64,000 nucleotides of DNA from Tubulanus polymorphus (Eukaryota > Animalia > Nemertea). Positions 13,701-23,800 of the stretch are shown piece after piece. The translations under genes and the position numbers were made by a program. Under the pieces are notes generated by a model. The model was not told the DNA's origin and did no database searches. It worked only from the letters and a program-made list of their open reading frames with translations. Where the stretch lies: contig NC_134025.1 of assembly GCF_964204645.1 (NCBI RefSeq), positions 22,858,299-22,922,298 on the forward strand. Direction: 5' to 3'. Position 1 is the first letter of the stretch; each line of letters opens with the position of its first letter.

Positions 13701-14556
13701 TCTCGTTCGATGAAAATTTCGGCATTCCCGATTCGGCCGGGCTCAAACACAGGCTTTTCTGTTTCGGAGACGAAACGAAAACCGTCGACGCCGATTTTTC
13801 TGACGGCGATTTCGACATCGGCGAACTGTGTTTTTCTTTGAACGGAGGAAAACGGTTACAGTGCGAATCCTTCGGAGGACTGCGACCCGCGACGACCGGT
13901 TCGCGGCTACTAGTTTCCATCGTTAGACAGTTTTCGTCGGCGACATCGACAACGTGTACAGCGGGAACTCCGCTCTTAACCTCGTTATTCGAACGCGAGT
14001 CATATTCATTTACGAGATCGCTGCACTCTAACGTCGCGGCACGCGTTAACCTAGGACTCTTCCCTGTTTTAGTACTACCGTCACACTTCTTACCGGCGGT
14101 ATTCTCATTACCCGAATGCGTCGATGATTTGTACGAACTCGACGAAGCCACATCGGCGCCGTGAATCGTCGCCTGCTTAACTAACGCCGGTCGGCTTTTC
14201 GTATTTTTCCCGCCAGACGTCCGTTTCGGCGAACCATGCGGCGATTGTCTCGGCGATTTGCGACGGCGTTGAGGGTCATCTTTCGGCGACGAATCGGCGT
14301 CCGACGATTTCTTCGCTAGCGTTGCAACTCGCGGCTGCGTGGTCGGCGACCGCGGCACCAGCACCGGGGAATGATGCGACAGCGGAACCGGTTTTGGCGA
14401 CGAGGCCGAACGCTGAAGGGGAGGCCGCGCTCGTAACGACGACGACCGAAGACTGTCGAAGCTTCCTGACGTCCTCAATGTCGGCAGCTGAGAATCTGAT
14501 CGGACTGTCGGAATGTCAGAGCCATGGGCTGTATGGGTACTTTCTTTCTGCCCCAT
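571..14556 (-). CDS. FMN2: Formin, Fmn1/Fmn2/cappuccino subfamily, about 1699 aa, 18 coding exons
   Basis: Phase-consistent GT-AG exons in transcript order: 14556-11943, 11684-11512, 7411-7309, 6447-6386, 5700-4899, 4793-4694, 4611-4458, 4361-4274, 4183-4122, 3932-3853, 3404-3275, 2960-2888, 2791-2718, 2255-1982, 1623-1572, 1486-1352, 1063-973, 603-571 (sum 5100 nt, ends TGA). Poly-Pro FH1; FH2 motifs PMKPLFWRRIQ, LLDGKRSQAIGI, LAYGNYMNAG..RGQADGFGLEILCKLKDVKS; Fmn-type coiled coil YSEEDHQNILLGVKKKFKDEIE; basic tail GGLKEKLASKGKI. The symbol marks the subfamily, not 1:1 orthology. Confidence 0.93.
797..898. mobile_element. Short MITE with AGTTCCACAGTT inverted repeats (related copy about 1840-1920)
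   Basis: agttccacagtt 805-816 pairs with aactgtggaact 880-891; same motif pair at 1844-1854 and 1904-1915. Intronic. Confidence 0.6.
3082..3227. mobile_element. MITE with about 30-bp TIRs (PIF/Harbinger-like termini)
   Basis: Begins CCAGGGGCCAGTTGCACAGTCGTGACTTA, ends TAAGCCATGACTATGCAACCGGCCCCTGG; internal GGTCTTAA repeats; related copies about 11336-11480 and reversed at about 59535-59678. Confidence 0.8.
4943..5120 (-). repeat. Poly-proline FH1 coding repeat of the formin
   Basis: GGN-rich on the plus strand; minus strand encodes PPPPPPPPPPPPPPPPPGVPPPPPPPPGIPPPPPPPPGVPPPPGAPPPPPPP. Confidence 0.95.
7126..7264. mobile_element. MITE with CAG..CTG termini and 5-bp TSD CTTCC
   Basis: CAGGGCTGTA...TACGGCCCTG; CTTCC at 7121-7125 and 7265-7269. 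Confidence 0.75.
7668..7951. repeat. Degenerate tandem repeat, about 2.2 units of 125-139 bp
   Basis: Unit head GATGT(A/G)CACTA..CATCA recurs at 7668, 7793 and 7932 with shared TTTTGGC.TTTATT.TGTAA.TAAATATATTTC. Confidence 0.75.
8196..8630. mobile_element. PIF/Harbinger-type MITE, long TIRs, TTA TSD
   Basis: AGCTAGGGACACACGAGCGTATTTTTTCGCCCGATCGCG pairs with CGCGATCAGGCGAAAAAATACGCTTGTGTGCCTACCT; TTA at 8193-8195 and 8631-8633; CpG-rich interior. Confidence 0.85.
8782..9026 (+). mobile_element. AGCCGCRATCACACG-family MITE, copy 1, 3-bp TSD TAT
   Basis: AGCCGCGATCACACG...CGTGTAATTGCGGCT with TAT on both sides; interior matches copies at 52893-55084. Confidence 0.85.
9043..9468 (-). mobile_element. 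Helentron/HINE-like non-autonomous repeat
   Basis: End ACTAGAGGTCCAGGGATACCATGCTCACTTG is shared with 1132-1165 and, reversed, 47628-47659; the other end resembles 50710-50735. Class is inferred. Confidence 0.5.
10378..10645. mobile_element. Degenerate MITE with internal TTCCC(T/C)GA repeats
   Basis: TAGAGTGGCGAC...GTGGTCGCCCCCG termini; flanks TATCA/TATGA (imperfect 5-bp TSD). Confidence 0.55.
10745..10777. repeat. (AT)n microsatellite
   Basis: Direct reading. Confidence 0.95.
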
Positions 14557-14899
14557 TAGTTTTCAGGAAATACATTTCTTACTACTCAGCTCTCGTAGTG
14601 TTTATTTACTACCATCTGGAAATATATACGAAACACTCATTGATCAGAGAGACATAGCAGTATAATGCAGCTACATACCAGATAAATAACTGCATAAAAT
14701 CAATCAAAAACTGGTATATCATAAAATTACATCTAGCTTTGCCATTCGCCTTTGCCTACTTTGTATTAAACTACAGTTTTCCGGTCTTTGTATTAAATTA
14801 CTTAAATTTGCAGCGTTTTCAATAAGAAATTAACAAGCCAGGAACCTTTGAAAAACAGGATTATATATGTCACCGTCCCTGAAACGGACCTGGCTTTTA

Positions 14900-15060
14900 T
14901 GGGATCATTCATTTATTACGTACGCATAAAATTTGAATTTTCCAACACCCCCTCCCCCTCTGTACGCAAAATAGGCAATTTTTTCATAAACATTAAGCAT
15001 TACAGTACGCAATTGCACTGACCCCTCCCCTAATACGTACGTAAGAAATGAATGACCCCT
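14900..15060. mobile_element. MITE with about 27-bp TIRs (Harbinger-like)
   Basis: GGGATCATTCATTTATTACGTACG pairs with CGTACGTAAGAAATGAATGACCCC. Confidence 0.75.
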
Positions 15061-15211
15061 ATTGAAAAGACTGATCTGTGTTCTCCTTTCAACTTTTTAA
15101 TCACTAACACAGTCCTTTTGTTAGATTCTTGTAGAAATACTTCGCAAATTTGTTCGGTACTCAGTACGCCTGGTGATGGCCAATAGTACTTAACCGAAAC
15201 GTTGCTCAATT

Positions 15212-15292
<81 letters not shown>
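15212..15292. repeat. (AT)n microsatellite
   Basis: About 40 units with one AC interruption. Confidence 0.95.
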
Positions 15293-15295
<3 letters not shown>

Positions 15296-15403
15296 ACGAT
15301 ACTTGTTACGATCTTTGGCTGAATTATTGTGGGATTTCTCTAGCATATAAAATTACGTAGCCCCCGATATTCCAGTAGGTACCTTTTGTACAGAGCACTA
15401 AAT

Positions 15404-15407
<4 letters not shown>

Positions 15408-15476
<69 letters not shown>

Positions 15477-15481
15477 TAATA
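15408..15481. repeat. (AAT)n microsatellite
   Basis: About 24 units; source of the spurious poly-Ile ORF. Confidence 0.95.
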
Positions 15482-16474
15482 CGTATTCAATTCAATAACC
15501 CATTACCCAATATCTTTGGTAATAGTGAGATAGATTTTGACACCGATAGTCTGTTTCCCTTCTTCGTGAATGACATTGACGCTGGTTAAAAATACCTCGG
15601 CTAATGATATGTTAAGTTATAAATACGGCAATAAGCATATACACACGTACGTACTAGGACTGTAATAAAACTAATTAACCAACGGCGCTAAATTATGAAC
15701 ATTCCCTAAATATTCTCACCAACGATCACCCTTATGTATGCGACGATGGATATTATCATCTACTCGCGTGATTGTCACAAATGAATACCGGTATATAGAG
15801 ATACACATACTACTAGCACACATACATACATATGGCATATGATGTTCGCAAATGATTGTCGCGAAATTCGCCTATAATTCCCGAGTTATTTCTAATACTA
15901 TTCTTCTTACTAAAGCATCGGCAGCTCGAGCTTTCCATCACCCCGTCACCATCGCCATCATCATCATCGCATAGCAGCAACAATTGCTCGGCAATGACAT
16001 GTGCCACCAGTGTCTGCATCTCCATAGCTACATGGCGAATGTGTGTGATTTTTGCTAGTATTATTGATCCCATCAGCATCAGTAGAAGCTGCCTAGCCAG
16101 TTCTAATTAATCCATTGACTGCGCTCGCTCGCTAGACACAATCACATGCAAATTGTCTGTTCGGATGGGATGGGCCATGGCGCGCGCGCGTAGGCACACT
16201 AGCGAGAGCGTAGCCTGCCGCCGTCGAGCGAAAAAGCCCATTTCGAAGACTATGACAAATGCGTCTGAGAAAACGGGACGAATCTCCGAGTGCGAGAATA
16301 TTACGCCATACTCGATAGCAACAATCGAAAATACTTAGGTCTTTGCTAAGGATGTAGTAACGGTAATCTCCAAATTAAACCCAAATCACTTTGACAAAAT
16401 TTAAGTCATGTACACGAAGATTAACTAACGATAAATATCTGATTTAACTAATTTCAACTTGGAGGCATATCTAA

Positions 16475-16828
16475 CGTGGTTCCTACAGAACCATCGATAT
16501 GAAATTTGAGGGGTATTTGAGGGGCTTTTGAGGGTATGATCACTAAATTTGAGGGTCATTTTTAACGACGAAAACCTAATTGATAAAAAAAACAGTACCA
16601 GTAAAATACAATTCATGATGTAGGGGCCTACATTGAGAGAATGTTTGAAGAAAGCTCCTTTAGAAATAGGTGATACAAAATTCTCTGAGACACACAATTT
16701 TCAGAATTTGAGGGGATTTTGAGGGGCCAAGGGCTAAAACTCAGAATTTGAGGGATTTTGTACCCTCAAAAATGGATTTTGGAATTTGAGGGGTTTTTGA
16801 GGGGTTTTGAGGGGTTGTAGGAACCATG
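16475..16828. mobile_element. MITE with 5-bp TSD TCTAA and internal TTTGAGGG repeats
   Basis: CGTGGTTCCTACA...TGTAGGAACCATG; TCTAA at 16470-16474 and 16829-16833; about ten subterminal TTTGAGGG motifs. Confidence 0.85.
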
Positions 16829-17721
16829 TCTAACTGACAACCGTGGGGACTGTTGCCTCAACCTTTGGTATTATGATGTCGATAGCTTTAGTCGCGGGGT
16901 TGCTAATTGCTTTAACAATGACCACAGCGAGTACAGATATTGTAGATGTCAAAAGGCCAGCCCCCATGTCGTAATACCGCGGTAATACTTTGTTGTTCTG
17001 CATTTTTATATCGATTTGCGAACACCGATGATGCTCCGTGTCTAATGGCAGCGGAGGCGCGACAACAGGGTTAAGGTATACGCCGGCATTGATTTTCAAA
17101 TGAGCTCGAAATAAATAATTCATGTTCGTTCCTTACGGAACATTAACAGAGAAAATTAAGATATTCATTGAGTAATTGTAGAGTGACAGATTATCGTGGC
17201 GCAGAGCTGCATTTCACGACTGAACACCCCTTCAGCTTGCGTTCGGTAAGCTAACCCTGTGTATCAACGCAGCAACAAACAAACATCGTATTTTAAAAAA
17301 GTATATCATCCCCTTTCCTGCTGTTCTTAACCGGCAAAAAGATTGATTGACACCAGCCAGACGGAACTAAATAACTGAACTGTTGATATAACAATCTAAA
17401 CTCACTTAGCAAATATTAAGGGTACTTCACATGTTTGATACGGCCTTTTAACAGCTAAATAAACTCTAGCTTCAACTACTTTCACTTTAGGAAAAAGGAA
17501 ACAAATTTTCAAGTAGGGTTATCACAAGGATAGCTGATGTAAAACCAAAAAGGATAAAAAACAGCATAACGCCGTGCAGCGAAGAAAATATATCACTACA
17601 TACAGGATAGTGTATATACACACTAGAAGTATTGCGCAGTGTGTAATTGCATCCTCTTCTGACCAGCTATATTCAATAATCAATACTGTTAGTGTTGCTG
17701 CTTTTTGAATACCAGCACACT

Positions 17722-17750
<29 letters not shown>
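17722..17750. repeat. (CAG)n microsatellite, non-coding
   Basis: Direct reading; no surrounding ORF. Confidence 0.9.
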
Positions 17751-17753
<3 letters not shown>

Positions 17754-20480
17754 CAATAGTAGTATCAACAGCTCATACTGCCCAATGCATTGTTGCAACA
17801 TAAGTACTTTCAAAAAAGCAAACCGATGAATCTCGCAACTTCTAAGAGTGCTGTCTATCTAGTGTTCAGTGTTTAAACACAGCCTCTGGTCAGATGCCTA
17901 AGCTCAACAATTTTCAAATATGAAATCAAAGTTCAGACGGTAAAATGATGAAATGGATGGTGCCCACAGTTAGAAAACTAGAGGACAAATTAAAGGCAAC
18001 AGATTCTAAGCATTGACAAACTATGATATAGGCCTAGGCCTATTTCTATTTGAAATTAGAAGTATCAACCACTGGCTTTAGGTAACTTGATAGTGATCAT
18101 AGCCTACTTAAAGATGATACCAATCGATAGGCCCTAAAGCAATCCATGAAGAAAATGTCATCTAGCCTAATCGATGGGATCAGAGGTAAACACTGGTAAA
18201 CAAAACAGCTAAAAAATGCTAAAATATAGCTACTATACTAGGTATCAAATAATACCTGAAAGATGTCAATCTCAATGTAGGCCTGATGTCCACCAATTTC
18301 AAATTACTTCCTAAAGGCAGACTTGAAGTTGAAGTTTGGGGGTAAATACTTGCGAAGATCCTCCAAAAATTGTAGCAATATTGGAGAATCTAACCTACCG
18401 GTATTTACAAGCCCTGTGTGCCTTATTAGGCTACAATTATGGCATTCTAATTGATGGTCAAATCGTGTTGGGCCAGTAAGGCTATTAGCCTACAATCTCC
18501 ATGAATCTCCACCCCAAACAAAATAAAGTGTGTCTTTTAGAGTTTGACAGAATAACAGAGTGCTCTATAAACCTAAATAAGGATTCTAAAACTGTCCCTC
18601 ACATCTCACTTTCAGTCTCAGAGATCAGAGTAGGGTTAATATTTTACGTACTTTTTAGTGTCAACTGACTGAGGATTCCAATGGTGTTATCGGAATGAAA
18701 AACGCCTTCAAATAGCATTTCATCGACATCATCACTAAGACTTACAAATGAATAATGGAGTATTTGACAGCAACACAGAAACACTTTCTCAGCAATATCA
18801 GATATCAATACCTAAAACAACATTTAGATACAACTTACTCCAGTCTCAGATCTGCCATGGACTGTCAAATCGGCCATAGAACGCTAAATATTTGACGAAA
18901 TGTGGTGCATCATTTTCTTTTAATCAAGCGATATGAGCCGAATATAGGGTATTCTATGGTGAAAAAAATTAATTATAATTACCATCGCCATCATGAAGTA
19001 ATCATTTTTCAGAATCGTATAATGAATTTCTATAAAACGATAATATAATCCACGGCGTTTCGTCTCAAAAACGTTTTACAATGTAGGGACCGTCTCAAAA
19101 ATAGTAATAACGTTATGAAACGAAAGATGGCAGCACAAAATTCGAATCGAAATCTTTATTAGTACCGGATGCTATGGCTCTACTGAATTTGAAAATAAGT
19201 CTGAAATCATTTGCTCGAAAATGTTTCCGCGTTTTCTTTTTGATCAATATCACATTGCATTGCATTTATGACCGTATTGCTTGCAACAGTATATTTTCTT
19301 TGATGAGCTGCATGGTTTCGTGATGACATATTGATGACGTATTGATGACGCAAGAATGGTTCATTTGAAAAATGTTCAACATGATATCGTAGCGTGCACG
19401 CAAATTTTGATTGCAGCAATGCTTCATTGATGAGAGGTCATCGTAGTAACCCGTAGCCAAATTAAGTTCGAATCCCATGTTGAAGGATTGTAATTGCCAC
19501 AAATAAATAAAACCATAGGAGTTTAATTTCTCCATCTGTAATATTAATGAATCTACTAAAATTCGGGAGGGATTTTTATTGAACGGCAATAGAATACAGA
19601 ATATTACACATATCAAAACTTGAGCCGACACCTTGCGAACCCAACGTTGTTTGTATCATGAACGTACTTGGGAACTAACTTGGAGAAGAAACCTATAAAA
19701 TCCATTCATTTGAAACCATTTGATACATCTTTTGATCAGTTCCAAAAAGATAAACAAATGTGAAAACATTGATCTTTATTGATGCCGATATTATTCAGAC
19801 CTTGTAAACTAACACAATATGAAAAGAGAGAAATGTTACAGGTGTTGATATATCTTTCAAAACCTCATGAAATATCATGTAAGCTAAAAAAAAAGATTCA
19901 TACTTTACTGAAAAAGAACACTTATCTTGGCAGACCGCACGTACTACGAGAGTTCCTGATTAGAATCACAACGACAGTATTTCAAATTTTGAGCGCAATG
20001 TGCTGTTTATTTACAATATACTCTAACAAAAATGAATTCAGACATTTATCATCTATGGCTTTCACTTCTGATAAGAATCTATTCAACCATAAGAATGGCA
20101 CATGGAGGCAAAATTGAATATAAAATATACGTTTTGTTTCTCAAAACCTAACCAGAAATCTAGTTTTTTTTAATCACGGAGTTCTTTTAGAGAAAACACC
20201 CACTTGACATTGCACGACAGCGCTCAGCGGGGGCAATTCGATGCCTCAAAGCATTTTACACTCATTGAAATCAATCACCGATTGATTATATATTCATTCG
20301 ATTACGGATTTTCAACGCCCACCTCGTGACTAGATATTTTTACGAAAAAACATGAAACATTCGATTATTTTGAAATGATGGAGTCAGGCGACAGACCGCT
20401 TCGCAGGCGGAATGCCGCAACTGGGACTGTGTTTGAACACAAAGCGCGCGAGCGTGGACCACACGACTTATATTACTCAC

Positions 20481-20808
20481 CTGAGATAAATAAGGTGTAA
20501 ATAAGGTTTTCTCTACCCTTAGTTACTCTAAGTTGATCAACACGGTGATTCAACAACAACAAGAAATTTCTTTTACGCTCGGTTGATAGCGATTTGCGGT
20601 TATAGATAGTGAATTTGGGAAAGCGGGCATCGATTAGAAGGACTCGCACAGCGCGCGGGCTAGTTGAGTTTGCATCCTTGCTCCTTCGCTTCGTCACTAG
20701 GAGTGGAGTAAGTGCGTAAGAATTTGACGCGTCGTCTTCAGTGAAGGCCCTGCCGCGCATTGTACAAAACAGGAGCCCTGCGGGTCTCAAATAAACTACC
20801 ATTAAAAC
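20481..20808. promoter_or_regulatory. Putative bidirectional promoter between formin (-) and RDH (+)
   Basis: Consensus minus-strand donor CAG|GTGAGT at 20481/20480 (putative formin non-coding first exon) lies 328 bp from the RDH ATG at 20809; CpG-rich interval. Confidence 0.55.
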
Positions 20809-23800
20809 ATGGCTTTATATGAAATTATTTCCTCGGGAGTGATGTTTATAGCTGTTTCAGTCGCGGTTTATTGCACCAAGTAAGTGTTCATACAACTACT
20901 AATTTAGACATAGATATGTCGACGTCAATTACAGGCCGATTATACATAGTCAATTCATATAGAAATTCTTATATATATTTAGTGGAAAAGTCTTACTGTA
21001 GTTTACTGTAGTATATTAGGAAATGTTTCTTTTTTAAAAATTTATAATTCAACGTGTTGAAAATAGTTTCAACGGGACCTCCAATATCGAAATCGGATTT
21101 CTAAGTGATTTTCAAAGAATTTTATTCAAACATTCCTATTTTCTCTTGGACTACGTATATTTCTTATATCGCACGTATACTATAGAAGACCTCAGAAACA
21201 CATGTGCAGCTGGGATAAATAAATTTCAACAGGACATAATTAATAAGCATTCTAAACTTTCCACGATGTCCGGGTACTAAAAACTCCATCTTCTAAACTT
21301 CGCATTCATTCCTAGTACAATTGCGATATCTGTAAATTCTATAATGCTTTGTTGAATAAGTTCATAATGAAATATTTACGATTTGTACAGGCAATAGCCG
21401 ACTTTTCCTACGAAGTGTGCTTGACCGCGCTCCGCTGGAGGATTTTTTTCGAAGGTATTAACAACAAAAAGTCGGTTAAACCATCACATTCAAATACAAA
21501 AACCTCGTATCTTTACACGCCAGGCGGAAAACGAGCTAATCCAGTACATTTTTGGCTAAAGTTCCAACTATATAGAATCCGTTTTGTTCGTTTACTTGGA
21601 GATAGCTTTATCGTTGATTCTCAAAATGAAAATTGCTATAACTTTAATCATATTATAATTTTAATCATTGGTCTAACGATAAAACTCTTGCGTGCGAAAA
21701 TTAATCAATTCTTGTTAGAATCGAGTCATCAAAACAAAACGAAAGTCCAAATTCTTTGAAATTATTTTATCATTCGCACATTTTGTTGAATATCGCACCA
21801 AACTTACGCTTTTGAATGCACAAAAGAACGACAAACGAACAAGGGTTTCTCCGCTCTCCATGCATTTTACAGCTGAAGTTTTTCCCCCACCCAGCTGTGA
21901 TGAAATGCGAATTATAACCTATTATGCTGTCAAATGAAAAAGGTTCAAGAGCTTTTGAATCCGTCAACTACTACTTTGTAAAAACGCCCCTCTTGTGTTG
22001 TTTGTCGCAGGATATAATAGGGATTTCTTTTTGTATCAATACTAAGTGTATATATCGAAAAAGTGATTTTTGGCATCCGATTTTCACAAGGCAATTACCG
22101 CGCGATTACCTTATCAATTAAGTCAAGCATAAAATGCCTCACTTGTGGTCTTAGATACTTACATATTTGAGATTAGATAATATGAAATAGTTGAAATTAT
22201 TTGTTCGTCTCTTTTTTTAAGTTTTAGAAATATCGTGGTAGTGTATGTATCTTTTCGCTACACTAAAACATTGGCAAAAATAACTGGACATACAATACGT
22301 AAAATTCGTGAAATCAACAGGATTTAAAGCGAATACACGTGGGGGAAGTCGCGGAATTCCTCCAGTAAACACCAAATTTTCATGTTCGCCTGTCGGCTGC
22401 TGAGCTTATTGCACCGAGTAGCATTTTACCGTGTATGCTAGCTATAGCCTTGAAACACGATTTGGAAGATTAGCGAAGTTTCGTTTATGCGCATATAAGC
22501 CCGACTCGTCTTTTGTGTATCCGCTTTTACCTCGCGAGGTCCGAGCCTTTTTGATGGTGTTAACACTACGAACAACCACAGAAACTTCCAAGTCATTAAT
22601 TACTCACCCGAAAAAGTGCTGGCTGAAACCCTTTCCTTTGTATTCGTCGAGAGTAAATCGGGAAGGAGATATTGCCTTTTGACGATATCATTTCAGAGAA
22701 AATACATTTTCGTCAACAGACGATATACAAAACTTAGACATGAATATACGTTTGTCGTTTTCAGAAAATGTATGGGAGGAATGGAAAGTAAATTTACAAA
22801 ACTTAGACATAATATATAACCTTAATCGATTTCAGAAAATACATGGGAGGAATGGAAAATAAATGTCAGAACAGACTCGATGGCAAAACGGCGGTGATAA
22901 CCGGAGCGAATACGGGAATCGGAAAAGAGGTAGCGAAAGATTTGGCAAGACGAGGTACGTACGTGTATGTATAGTATAGTATGAAACAAACGGCCGTATA
23001 TAATCAGGACAATTTATATCACGATCGGAGATGTAGTCTCTTGTCATGGCGTAATTCCTAGCAATTTATAGAAAAAATTACTACGCACAGGCCATTAATC
23101 ATAATGTTTGACAATTAAACGTATATACGTAGTCAGTGATATGTACATATATTTATTCACATATAGATATATCATTCGAACAACCGATAACCGCTAACTA
23201 GTGCTAATAACGTTTATAATGTCAGAATAAATGCAACGGCCGTAAATACGACGATAATGATGCAGCAGATAAAATCAGTTTGATTGAAAGCGAATAAAGT
23301 TTCGAAGACTATAATTCCTTTCGTTTCAGTTTTATGCACACCTTTTTTTCAAAATGAATTTTCATTTTATCTTTACGTTCTATCGTACATAAAACCCGGT
23401 ATGTAAAACAGATAATGAATGAATCTTCATTATGATATATATGAGGTCTGATGATGTGAAAATTGAAATGAAATTTACTTAAATTGCGACTGAATTGAGT
23501 AGTTCTCTTTCGGTGTATCTACGTCACAACAAATAATAAAGCGTACAACATCAAATTTAAGAGATGAAAGGTTTTCCTTAGCACGCTATGTTTCTGCAGC
23601 CAATCCACCATAAATTCTATTTGATGACTGGCTCTGGTGGACTTTTGGGGCAGTAAAATTCGTATCAATATGTCATCGTCGTGGTTTATTGAGCCAGTTC
23701 ACGAAACACATCCACCACCATCGACGCAAAAACGCCGTATCATAGTAAGCCTAATTTTTGCATCCCGGCAATAGCTGCAACGTCTGGATCCGAACGATAG

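Noticed and set aside
12005-14657. Multiple plus-strand and alternative-frame ORFs of 60-182 aa
   Set aside because: Shadows of the GC-rich 2.6-kb formin exon; no splice or motif support.
15386-15589. Poly-Ile ORF resembling a TM peptide
   Set aside because: Translation of an (AAT)n microsatellite.
16505-16815. Short spaced repeats (TTTGAGGG) superficially like an array or telomere repeat
   Set aside because: Irregular subterminal motifs inside a TIR/TSD-bounded MITE; not CRISPR, not TTAGGG.
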